DNA of 32,000 nucleotides from Ignicoccus islandicus DSM 13165 (GTDB lineage Archaea; Thermoproteota; Thermoprotei_A; Sulfolobales; Ignicoccaceae): the NCBI RefSeq assembly GCF_001481685.1, contig NZ_CP006867.1, forward strand, positions 1,140,001 through 1,172,000, given 5' to 3'. Below are positions 8,096 to 16,027 of this stretch, in pieces. The stretch's first letter is position 1; the number at the start of each line of letters is the position of its first letter. The translations under genes and the position numbers were made by a program. Under the pieces are notes generated by a model, which was not told the origin of the DNA, searched no databases, and worked only from the letters and a program-made list of their open reading frames with translations.

Positions 8096-9192
8096 TACTC
8101 CACGGAGGCAAGGTCCCACCTCATTTAATGAAGAGAATGAAAGGTCTCTCCGAGGCCATAGTTAAGTTCATAGTAGATGAATACGGTCCAACGGAGTTAA
8201 TTCAGAGGCTCTCCGACCCTTTCTGGTTCCAAGCGTTCAACAACGTTATAGGAATGGACTGGGATTCCTCAGGAAGTACTTCCGTAGTGATGGGTATACT
8301 TAAGGAACTCACGTGGAGGGAGGACCTCGGTTTCGTAGTGCTCGGTGGTAAAGGTAAGAACATGCTAAAAGTAAGAGAGGAAGCAGAGGAGGCCGCAAGG
8401 AAGTTTGACATAGATCCAATGGAGGTTTCGCTGTTCTCGAAGGTAACGGCTAGAATAGACTCTGCATTGCTTCAAGATGGGTACGACCTATACGTTCATT
8501 ACGTAGCTCTCTCAGAGGACGCGTGGCTGACGGTACAACAAGGAATGGACCTTGAAAGGAAACTGGCGAGGAGGTATCACGTAACTAATAGGAATTTTCC
8601 ATGGAAGAATCCTCACTCGGGGATTAGTGGGCTCAGGGGAGAGGCCTTAGATGTTTCAGCGCCTACTGGGAAGAAAGTTATGGAAGTAGGCGTAGAGGTA
8701 ATAAATGAGGGGAAGGCGTTTTCCTTACTAAAGGTCGCCAGAGCCTCGTTAAAGGGACAGAGGCGTCTCGATGGTAGCTTCGTTATAGATCCCTCCAAGC
8801 TGAAGTACTACTATCCCGTCAGACCCACTAAGCAATTGGAATTAGCACTAGAGAAGATAGCTCAAGCCTCTCCTTCGTCTGCTGAGGAACTACTCTTAAG
8901 CCCCGGTCTCGGGCCCAGAGTAGTTAGGGCCTTGGCGCTAATAGCCCACGTCATTTATGGATACGAGCCTTCGTTTGACGACCCCGTAACCTTCGATCCC
9001 TTCGCTTACGCTTACGCTGTAGGCGGTAAAGACGGAATACCTTACCCATACGACTTAAATGTAGCAGACGAGGCAATAGGGTTACTGAGGGAGGCTTTGG
9101 AGGAATCGTCCATAGAAGTTAAGTTAAAGAAGGCTGCCTTAAAGAGGTTGAGCGAATGGATAGGAAGAACTCTAGGGGAAGTTCAGAGATAG
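8062..9192 (+). CDS. DUF763-family protein with C-terminal helix-hairpin-helix motif
   Basis: The ORF is open from 7972, but the family N-terminus (DLILHGGKVPPHLMKRM) begins just after the in-frame GTG at 8062, which gives a 34-nt overlap with the rSAM gene. Conserved-looking DWDSSGSTSVVMGILKE and VVLGGKGKN. HhH-like LLLSPGLGPRVVRALALIAHVIYG at about 8887-8955. Confidence 0.7.
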   Translation: MERGFLGISDLILHGGKVPPHLMKRMKGLSEAIVKFIVDEYGPTELIQRLSDPFWFQAFNNVIGMDWDSSGSTSVVMGILKELTWREDLGFVVLGGKGKNMLKVREEAEEAARKFDIDPMEVSLFSKVTARIDSALLQDGYDLYVHYVALSEDAWLTVQQGMDLERKLARRYHVTNRNFPWKNPHSGISGLRGEALDVSAPTGKKVMEVGVEVINEGKAFSLLKVARASLKGQRRLDGSFVIDPSKLKYYYPVRPTKQLELALEKIAQASPSSAEELLLSPGLGPRVVRALALIAHVIYGYEPSFDDPVTFDPFAYAYAVGGKDGIPYPYDLNVADEAIGLLREALEESSIEVKLKKAALKRLSEWIGRTLGEVQR

Positions 9193-10361
9193 TCCCGCTC
9201 GAGCTAGTAGCTGCCCGAGCTCTCTCTAGAGCTTTCAAAGGCTGGAACATGAAGGGATACTTAGAGAGAACTTACGCTAAACTGGGAATACCGGATAAGG
9301 CGAGGCCAGTAATTGTAGGGCTCATCGGGGGAACGGCGAGGAATTGGATGGTTTTATCTAAGGCATTGGGTATGCCTTACGACAAGCCTAGACCCTCAAC
9401 TAGTTACTGGCTCAACTTAGTACTAGCTTACCAAGCGCTCTTCCGGAGAGTTCCGGCAGATAGGCTTGAGTGGGCTTTCAAGAAGTTCCCTAGAGGGACC
9501 TATCTCGAACTCTTGAAAAGCGAACCGGAGGACTTCCTTCGAGACCTAACTGGCGAGGAAAGGGAAAGGGTACACCTTAGCGTTCCCAAGTGGGTCTGGG
9601 AGGAAGTAAAGAGGGTTAGCGATCCCAAGAGGTTCGTTGAAGCACTTGATAAGAGGAAGGGCTTTTGGGTTAGAGTGAGGGACCCTTCGATAATCCCTTA
9701 CCTTAGAAGGAAATTCCTAATAAGGGAAGGACCTTTTGAAGACTCACTGTACCTAGTTGGTCCAAAGAGAGATCTAATAAGAGAAAAACTTCACCCGAAT
9801 AAGGTTGTAATAATGGAGCTCGCATCAATGAGTATTGCCTACCTAGCTAAGGGTAAGAGGGTACTCGACTTAACCTCTGCACCCGGCGGAAAGGCCTTTC
9901 ACTTAAAAGATAAAGGCTTTCTCGTTATCGCCAATGATATAGATCCAACCCGCTTCTACTTTCCTGTAGAGAGAGTTGTTAGCGATGCGAGGTTTCCTCC
10001 GTTCATTAAGGCATTCGATACGATAATATTGGACCCGGACTGCAGTAGCATAGGGAGGCTGAATTCCCCCGAAACTCGAATACTCCTTCCCGTAGTCAAC
10101 AAAAGAAAGCTCAGTGCTTATCAAAGAGAATTGATAAAAGGAATGCTTAAATTAGTAAGAAAGGGAACTAGATTGGTATATTCCACTTGTACGGTAACGT
10201 ATGAAGAAAACGAGGCGCATTCCCCAGTTCTAGAAGAGGTAGCTGAACCAATAGATGTTGATATCGCCCTTCCTAGAGGAAGAAAAGGGTGGAGGCATTA
10301 CTTACCTGACGTTCACGAAACTATAGGATTTACCTTCGCCGTTTTCGAGGTCACCTCCTAG
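9156..10361 (+). CDS. NOL1/NOP2/Sun-family RNA (cytosine-C5) methyltransferase
   Basis: 401 aa. SAM motif I VLDLTSAPGGKAFHL. Motif IV with catalytic Cys ILDPDCSSIG (NSUN5-like DPxCS). Motif VI VYSTCTVTYEENE. NusB-like N-terminal region. The ATG at 9156 overlaps the DUF763 gene by 37 nt; the ATG at 9249 is an alternative start. Confidence 0.82.
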   Translation: MDRKNSRGSSEIVPLELVAARALSRAFKGWNMKGYLERTYAKLGIPDKARPVIVGLIGGTARNWMVLSKALGMPYDKPRPSTSYWLNLVLAYQALFRRVPADRLEWAFKKFPRGTYLELLKSEPEDFLRDLTGEERERVHLSVPKWVWEEVKRVSDPKRFVEALDKRKGFWVRVRDPSIIPYLRRKFLIREGPFEDSLYLVGPKRDLIREKLHPNKVVIMELASMSIAYLAKGKRVLDLTSAPGGKAFHLKDKGFLVIANDIDPTRFYFPVERVVSDARFPPFIKAFDTIILDPDCSSIGRLNSPETRILLPVVNKRKLSAYQRELIKGMLKLVRKGTRLVYSTCTVTYEENEAHSPVLEEVAEPIDVDIALPRGRKGWRHYLPDVHETIGFTFAVFEVTS

Positions 10362-11124
10362 CCAGCGCTTCCACCACTTTGCCCAGCATGTCCGTTACCA
10401 ACTTCATCTGGGAGTTCAATCCCGCCATTCCCGCCTTCAATTCGTCGATCGATTGCTCTATGTCGTCCATCCTCTTGTTTAACCTCTCTTCCATGAGCTT
10501 CATCTCTTCCCGTAATTGATCGATCCTCCTATTGGTCTCATCTATCCTACCGTTTAGTTCGCTCCTAACGTCATCTATCCTCCTATTGAGCTCTTCCTTC
10601 ACCTCATCTATCCTCTTGTTTAACCTAGCTTCAACTTCTTCTATCCTCTTATTAGTTTCATCTAACCTCCTATTGGTCTCGTCTATTCTACTGCTTAGCT
10701 CACCTCTAACCTCATCTATCCTCTTGTTCAAGTCTCCCTTCAGTTCCTCAATCCTCATATTAGTTTCGTCTATCCTCCTGCCCAGCCTTTCTTCAACTTC
10801 CTCAATCTTCTTGTCCAGTCTCTTCTCTACCTCGTCAATTCTCTTGTTCAACCTCTCTTCAACTTCCTCTATTCTCTTATCAGTCTCATCAATCCTCTTC
10901 TCCAGCCTCTTCTCGACTTCCCTCAACTCCATCCTGTTGAGCTCCATTTGCTTGTACAAGCTATCGTAACTCACTTTGGTTTGATTAAGGACCATGAAGA
11001 GCAAAATGAAGTTCGCTTCGGAATCAGTAATGGGCTTGCCAGCTCTGAGCTTATCGAGTATTTCCGCGAACTTCTGGGAAGCGTACTGGAAGGCTAGGTC
11101 GAGCAGTTGATCGGGGAGGGACAA
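10351..11124 (-). CDS. highly charged coiled-coil protein with 15 R-I-D/E-E-centred repeats spaced 7 or 11 residues apart
   Basis: 257 aa. TTG start immediately preceded by an in-frame TGA. About 60 aa of non-repetitive N-terminus, then RIDETDK RIEEVEERLNK RIDEVEKRLDK KIEEVEERLGR RIDETNM RIEELKGDLNK RIDEVRGELSS RIDETNR RLDETNK RIEEVEARLNK RIDEVKEELNR RIDDVRSELNG RIDETNR RIDQ.., then a short hydrophobic tail. The 3' end overlaps the NSUN gene convergently by 11 nt. Confidence 0.7.
   Translation of the reverse strand: MSLPDQLLDLAFQYASQKFAEILDKLRAGKPITDSEANFILLFMVLNQTKVSYDSLYKQMELNRMELREVEKRLEKRIDETDKRIEEVEERLNKRIDEVEKRLDKKIEEVEERLGRRIDETNMRIEELKGDLNKRIDEVRGELSSRIDETNRRLDETNKRIEEVEARLNKRIDEVKEELNRRIDDVRSELNGRIDETNRRIDQLREEMKLMEERLNKRMDDIEQSIDELKAGMAGLNSQMKLVTDMLGKVVEALARR
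10435..10932 (-). repeat. intragenic tandem repeat region (21- and 33-nt units) encoding the heptad/hendecad array
   Basis: On the + strand TCATCTATCCTC-like cores recur every 21 or 33 nt across about 0.5 kb. The copies are diverged rather than identical. Confidence 0.75.
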
Positions 11125-11225
11125 TCAATGTTCCCGAAGGGAGTTAATTGGGAGGGGAAGGTAAAAAGGTTGAGAGCGAGGTGAAAGTGGAGTACGAGGG
11201 TAGATCGTCTAGAAACATTACTGAA

Positions 11226-12056
11226 TCAGATGCTCGCTATTTCAACGTCGCCGAAGCCCGCAGCTCTCCCGCTACCTACGCCTAGGAGGGCAGCGTGTTT
11301 CAGGACGGTCTTAACTACGTCGTTGAGCTCTCGAACCCAAAATAGGGCCGTTCCGGACAAGGCTGGGAGCCACTTGCCCTCATATAGATACCAAACTTTG
11401 CCTATGCTATGGAGAGTGGAGTGATCTTCCACTAGTCCCCTCTCGAGCGCCTTTAGCGCTTCAAAATACTTTTCCCTAAAGATCGAATAAACGTTAACTG
11501 AGAATAGGTGCGAAGGCGATGGGAGGAAGCGGCTCCTTAGGGCTTCCCCGGGCTTGTGCCAAGGATCTCTTAGAACGACTGGGCCCCTCATTTTAACTAG
11601 GATCGCCTCCCCGAAGTCCTTAGGCAAGCTTACTTCCTCTACCTTATATGTTTCCATCTCCACTAGCGCGCCTTTAAACTTGAATTTACAATGCGAGAAT
11701 TCGTATAAGCTATCAATTAGAGCGGAAGGACCAGCTACTTCGAAGAACGTCTCCTCGGGAACTCTCACGAACTTCTTCCCTGAAGGTCTTCTATCCTTAC
11801 AGAACGAACACTTAACTAGAGCTTTCGGGTATATGGGAGTTCCGTTGGGCCCGAATAGGGGCGTTACGTGAACCTCCTTGAGTCCCCCCTCTTGGCTCAA
11901 CGGCTTCTCGAAGGATTCATTGACGCAAATTAAGTAGCTCTTAACAATTTTGCCGCTGAAATCGTCTAACTCCATTGGCGTGATCGATGCCTTAATTCTA
12001 ACTCGCTTGTACTTTTCGAAGAGCTCTTTCTCGATCGTTTCAACCAACTTCCTCAC
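11226..12056 (-). CDS. cas6: Cas6-like RAMP-superfamily protein (putative CRISPR-type endoribonuclease), orphan
   Basis: 276 aa, GTG start. The extreme C-terminus AALLGVGSGRAAGFGDVEIASI matches the Cas6 glycine-rich loop (compare Sulfolobus Cas6 YLGIGRSRGIGFGEIKLEF, recalled from memory). The middle segment ILVKMRGPVVLRD....RFLPSPSHLFSVNVYSIF resembles the Cas6 pattern (F.SPt.l ... lP.P..lf.sl). No CRISPR array or other cas gene is present in this window. Confidence 0.55.
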   Translation of the reverse strand: MRKLVETIEKELFEKYKRVRIKASITPMELDDFSGKIVKSYLICVNESFEKPLSQEGGLKEVHVTPLFGPNGTPIYPKALVKCSFCKDRRPSGKKFVRVPEETFFEVAGPSALIDSLYEFSHCKFKFKGALVEMETYKVEEVSLPKDFGEAILVKMRGPVVLRDPWHKPGEALRSRFLPSPSHLFSVNVYSIFREKYFEALKALERGLVEDHSTLHSIGKVWYLYEGKWLPALSGTALFWVRELNDVVKTVLKHAALLGVGSGRAAGFGDVEIASI

Positions 12057-12327
12057 CGAGTGCTCGGATCAGGTATTGGAGAATTCATTCGAAAATAGTA
12101 TTACAATAAGGAATATATTAAGAGAAAGTAGGCTGATGGCAACGGAAATAAAGAACGACGAATAAACTTTGAAGGCGAACTCTCTTACTTGGAACCAAGA
12201 TCGCTACCTTCCATAATTAGTTAATTGCTTCTAACTAAAAGGGAGTTCATAGAACGCAAACTACGCTTAACGCTTGAAATTCTAAATCAGTTATTTCGTA
12301 AATCGCTAACTCAAACCCTCTTCCAAA

Positions 12328-12339
12328 CTATTTAATTTT
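12328..12339 (+). promoter_or_regulatory. TATA-box candidate (CTATTTAATTTT) for alaS
   Basis: The only strong TATA-like element in the 292-nt gap. It is centred only about 16 nt before the GTG at 12349, so the in-frame TTG at 12373 (MSEYELQFFKENGF..) may be the real start. Confidence 0.4.
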
Positions 12340-12348
12340 CATCGATAG

Positions 12349-15036
12349 GTGGAGAGCAGAGGGCCGCTCAATTTGAGTGAGTACGAACTACAATTCTTTA
12401 AAGAGAATGGATTTAAGAGAAAGAAATGTAAGATGTGTGGAAACTACTTCTGGACTCTCGGCGATCACGAGGTTTGCGGAGACGCACCGTGTCAAGAATA
12501 CGAGTTCTTCGATGTGCCTGTCAAGAGACCTTTAAGTTTATATGAAGCTAGAATGGAATTCCTTAAGTTCTTTGAGGAACATGGTCACGCTATCATTGAA
12601 CCCAGACCAGTAGTTGCCAGATGGCGCGATGACTTATTCCTTACCATTGCCAGCATCGTGGTTTTCCAACCTCACGTGACCAGTGGGAAAGTTCCGCCTC
12701 CAGCGAACCCATTAGTCATTTCCCAGCCTTGCATCAGGCTCGAAGACATAGACAACGTTGGATTGACCTTAGGTAGGCACATGACCGGTTTCGAAATGGG
12801 GGGTCACCACGCCTTCAATTATCCAGATAGAGAAGTATATTGGAAGGAAGAGACGGTCAGACTAGCCTTTGAGTTCTTTACAGAAAGGTTGGGAATACCC
12901 CCCGAGCTGATAAACTTCAAGGAAAGCTGGTGGGAAGGAGGAGGTAACGCGGGGCCCTCCTTCGAGGTTACTGTAGCTGGTTTGGAGCTGGCAACGCTCG
13001 TATTCATGCAATACGAAGTAAAAGGAGAGAAGCAATACGTTCCAATGAACTTAAGGGTAGTTGATACGGGATACGGAATTGAGAGAATTGCGTGGTTCAC
13101 CCAGAAGACTCCAACGGCCTTCCACGCGATATATGGAGATATGGTAAGGGAATTCCATAAGCTCTTGGGAGTAGAAGAACCTCCTAACGAGTTACTTTAC
13201 GCGTTAGTCAGATCAGCTGGTCTCATGGATCCTGAAGTCCCGGAAACTATGGAGAGGGTGTATTCGAAGGCCTCTGAGAGAATTGGTATGAGCGTTAACG
13301 AGATCAAAGAAATACATAGGAAGGTGTCACTCGTATACCAAGTTCTAGATCATACAAGAACCTTAATTTGGATGTTAGGCGACGGTATAGTGCCGTCCAA
13401 TACTGGCGAAGGTTACTTAGCCAGGCTCGTCATAAGGAGAGCACTTAGGTCTCTTTGGAAACTAAATAGCGACGTTAGTTTAGTAGAGTTAGTTAGGCTT
13501 CAACTCAATTACTGGAAGAATCAATACCCAAGGGCGTGGAAGAACAAGGACTATATCTTAGACGTCATTGAATTCGAGGAGGAGAAGTTCAAGGACACTC
13601 TCAAGAAGGGAGAGAGAATGGTAGAGAGGTTATTGAAGAAAAAGAAATCGCTCAGTTTAGAGGACTTGATAGTTCTCTATGATAGTCATGGAATACCTCC
13701 GGAAGTGGTGGAGGACGTGGCGAAGAGAGTTGGCGTAGAGGTTCACGTACCACCTAATTTCTATTCGTTAGTTGCACAGAGACATCAGAAGGAGGTTAGG
13801 CGAGTAAAGAGCGCAGAGGAGAAAGCGAAACTGCCTCCAGATATAATAGAATGGGCGAGAAGCCTCCCGCCTACCAGAAGGCTCTTCCACGAGGACCCTT
13901 ACAAGAGGGAATTCGACGCTCGAGTCGTTGCGTTTAAGGATAAGTACTTGGTCTTAGATCAGACAGCCTTCTACCCTGAAGGTGGTGGACAACTCCACGA
14001 CGTTGGAGTAATAATGAAAGGCAATAGTAAGTTCGACGTAGTTAACGTACAGAAGGTAGGTGACGTAATAGTTCACGAACTTAAGGAACCGTATGATGGA
14101 AGCGAAGGCGATCTGGTAATTGGAAAGATCGATTGGATCAGGAGATACACCCTAATGCGTCATCACACTGGAACGCACGTAATGCTAGCTGCCATAAGGA
14201 AGGTCCTGGGCGATCACGTATGGCAAGCGGGCGCTGAGAAGACTCCCGAGAAGGCCAGACTCGACTTCACCCATCACAAACCCCTTACTAAGGAACAGAT
14301 AGAGTTAATAGAAAAAGAGGCAAATAGGGTAATAGACGAAAGGAGGAAGATAAGGGCCTTCACTTTACCGAGGAACGAAGCGGAATCCAAGTATTGGTTC
14401 ACAATTTATCAAGGAGGAATACCTCCAGACAAGGAGATAAGGCTCGTAGAGATAGAAGGTTGGGACATTCAAGCTTGCTTCGGAACCCATTTAAGTAATA
14501 CTGGGGAAATAGGTGCCTTAAAAATAATTAGTACGAGAAAGATCCAAGATGGGGTAGTAAGGGTTGAGTACGTTGCTGCTACCAGGGTGGCCGAGGAGGC
14601 CAGAAAGGCGGAGAACTTAATAGAAAGTTTGTCCGCCAAGTTGGGTGGCGACAAGGCATCTTTAATTAGTAGGCTCGAAAGTCTCCTAGAGAAGGAGAAA
14701 AAGGAAAGGGAGCTCCTAACTAAGTACAGGAAGCTACTGAAGGAGCTTTACTTAAATAAAGCGAAGGAACTAGGTAAGATTAAAGTAATCGAGTTAGACG
14801 TCAACGACAAAGAGCTCGCTCAAGAGATACTTAAAGAGCTTAGCGAAAGCGGCATAGCAGCTGTAATAATTGGTGAAACGGTCGAACTAGCGTCTAACTC
14901 GGACGTTGGCTTAGGCAAGCTCGTTAGAGAAATAGGAATCTGTCGTGGCGGCGGAAAGGGCACGAGAGCAACTGCTAGGTGTAACTCGCCCGAAGACGCT
15001 AAGAGGCTGGTTGAAGCGATCGCTAAGAGGCTTTGA
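12349..15036 (+). CDS. alaS: alanine--tRNA ligase (AlaRS), archaeal type
   Basis: 895 aa. Archaeal N-terminal Zn-finger-like KKCKMCGNYFWT..CGDAPC. Class-II core FEMGGHHAFN and WWEGGGNAGPSFEV. Editing-domain HxxxH motif (MRHHTGTHVM) and CFGTH. C-terminal DHHA1-like GGGKGTRA. Confidence 0.95.
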   Translation: MESRGPLNLSEYELQFFKENGFKRKKCKMCGNYFWTLGDHEVCGDAPCQEYEFFDVPVKRPLSLYEARMEFLKFFEEHGHAIIEPRPVVARWRDDLFLTIASIVVFQPHVTSGKVPPPANPLVISQPCIRLEDIDNVGLTLGRHMTGFEMGGHHAFNYPDREVYWKEETVRLAFEFFTERLGIPPELINFKESWWEGGGNAGPSFEVTVAGLELATLVFMQYEVKGEKQYVPMNLRVVDTGYGIERIAWFTQKTPTAFHAIYGDMVREFHKLLGVEEPPNELLYALVRSAGLMDPEVPETMERVYSKASERIGMSVNEIKEIHRKVSLVYQVLDHTRTLIWMLGDGIVPSNTGEGYLARLVIRRALRSLWKLNSDVSLVELVRLQLNYWKNQYPRAWKNKDYILDVIEFEEEKFKDTLKKGERMVERLLKKKKSLSLEDLIVLYDSHGIPPEVVEDVAKRVGVEVHVPPNFYSLVAQRHQKEVRRVKSAEEKAKLPPDIIEWARSLPPTRRLFHEDPYKREFDARVVAFKDKYLVLDQTAFYPEGGGQLHDVGVIMKGNSKFDVVNVQKVGDVIVHELKEPYDGSEGDLVIGKIDWIRRYTLMRHHTGTHVMLAAIRKVLGDHVWQAGAEKTPEKARLDFTHHKPLTKEQIELIEKEANRVIDERRKIRAFTLPRNEAESKYWFTIYQGGIPPDKEIRLVEIEGWDIQACFGTHLSNTGEIGALKIISTRKIQDGVVRVEYVAATRVAEEARKAENLIESLSAKLGGDKASLISRLESLLEKEKKERELLTKYRKLLKELYLNKAKELGKIKVIELDVNDKELAQEILKELSESGIAAVIIGETVELASNSDVGLGKLVREIGICRGGGKGTRATARCNSPEDAKRLVEAIAKRL

Positions 15037-15457
15037 GAACCTCCAACACTTTTTCCTTGAGGTCCTTACACGGCGGTACGCATTCAACTACTATCATTTT
15101 CTCCAAGAGTTCTGGAGCGAACACTTGGATACCATCTATTAGAGCTGAAATGTCTAAGTACCCAGTTAACGTAGCTCTGGCCAGAGTAGCGAGTTCGTAG
15201 TAATCCCTTACCTCTTTAGGCTTGGGTTTATACACGTAAACGCCGGGTTCTTTTCTCGAAAGGGAAACACCGACGAGTACTATTTCCTCTGGGTTCGCTT
15301 CTTTTATTAGGTCAACCACCGTTGGAGCGTCTGCTGAAGCGTCAACTACCTTTACGCCCATTTCCTCGAGCTTATCTTTGAGCTCTACTTCAAATAGATT
15401 AAGGAGAGCATAGGATTGCTCGTGAAGAGAGCTAGCTATGAAAGCTAAGACCTTCAC
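15023..15457 (-). CDS. hypothetical alpha/beta protein; possible degenerate hydrogenase-maturation-protease (HycI/HybD)-like fold
   Basis: 144 aa. GTG start overlaps the stop of the upstream 71-aa gene (GTGA). The layout MKVLAFIASS...VKVVDASADAPTVVDLIKEANPEEIVLVGVSLSRKEPGVYVY parallels HycI (VLLCVGN..DDG...VIDGG....IVDA....PGEI) but lacks the Asp/His metal ligands. The fold call is tentative. Confidence 0.45.
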   Translation of the reverse strand: MKVLAFIASSLHEQSYALLNLFEVELKDKLEEMGVKVVDASADAPTVVDLIKEANPEEIVLVGVSLSRKEPGVYVYKPKPKEVRDYYELATLARATLTGYLDISALIDGIQVFAPELLEKMIVVECVPPCKDLKEKVLEVLKAS

Positions 15458-15669
15458 TCCTCTTCCTCCAAAACGCGTTTCACTAACTCCCTCAAATCGC
15501 TTGATTTCTCAATACCTAGAGATCTAGCAATTTCTTCCAATAAGTCTTCTTCTCTATTTATTGAAGGTTCCCTAAAAGAGTAAATGTCCTTCAAAGTCTT
15601 CGCTGGATATACTAATTCCTCCACCACTTCCTCCAAACTTCTCCTTAACAAGTCGAAGAACATATCCAC
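15454..15669 (-). CDS. small acidic helical protein, unknown function
   Basis: 71 aa (GTG at 15669 or ATG at 15663), Glu/Leu-rich, ending EEEE. Translationally coupled to the 144-aa gene. A TATA-like AAAAATAGAG lies upstream on the minus strand. Confidence 0.4.
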   Translation of the reverse strand: MDMFFDLLRRSLEEVVEELVYPAKTLKDIYSFREPSINREEDLLEEIARSLGIEKSSDLRELVKRVLEEEE

Positions 15670-15717
15670 ACCAAGTTTGAACTTCGATTGATATACTACA
15701 AAAACGTTTCTCTATTT

Positions 15718-15951
15718 TTACCCCGTGAAATATGGGCTGTATCTGATTAGATCGGAAACCTTCTTGCTTAGTTCTCCTAATTGGGAAGCTAGTTCGTGAA
15801 CGTTGCTGCTTAGCTTAGTTATGTCATGACTCATTGCATCTATCCTTCCATTGATCGACACTGCGTATACTATTGTTAAGGTTAGAGCTATGGAAGCTAC
15901 GGCCAAGGCTAAGAGACCTATATCTGCTATACCTAACCTTATCCTTCTCAC
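15718..15951 (-). CDS. small N-terminally membrane-anchored coiled-coil protein
   Basis: 77 aa, GTG start. Basic MRRIRLG, then the TM segment IADIGLLALAVASIALTLTIVYAV, then the heptad-like GRIDAMSHDITKLSSNVHELASQLGELSKKVSDL. Confidence 0.45.
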   Translation of the reverse strand: MRRIRLGIADIGLLALAVASIALTLTIVYAVSINGRIDAMSHDITKLSSNVHELASQLGELSKKVSDLIRYSPYFTG

Positions 15952-16027
15952 TCCAACTCCCCGTTAACGGGTATAGTCTCACGGAAGCCTAATAAATGGG
16001 TAAAGGGGGTCTACATCGAAAGGACTG

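Noticed and set aside
10532-10969. 145-aa plus-strand ORF, extremely Ser/Leu-rich (SSILLL.. repeats)
   Set aside because: It is the antisense mirror of the Glu/Arg/Asp/Ile codon repeats of the minus-strand coiled-coil gene. It has low-complexity composition and no start context, so it is an artefact of the repeat.
11950-12165. 71-aa plus-strand ORF spanning the Cas6-like gene start and the intergenic region
   Set aside because: Half of it is antisense to the Cas6-like N-terminus. It has no SD or TATA geometry and no recognisable sequence.
12057-12348. 292-nt gap between the Cas6-like gene and alaS, checked for a degenerate CRISPR repeat, sORFs or structured RNA
   Set aside because: It holds only tiny ORFs (10 codons or fewer) and a 5-bp inverted repeat (CCGAG..CTCGG). 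Nothing repeats, so it is treated as a divergent promoter region.
15960-15971. 12-bp perfect palindrome CCCGTTAACGGG between the DUF1028-like gene stop and the 77-aa gene start
   Set aside because: It is real but short, has no loop and occurs once. It could be a chance HpaI-type palindrome, and I found no second copy to suggest an operator.
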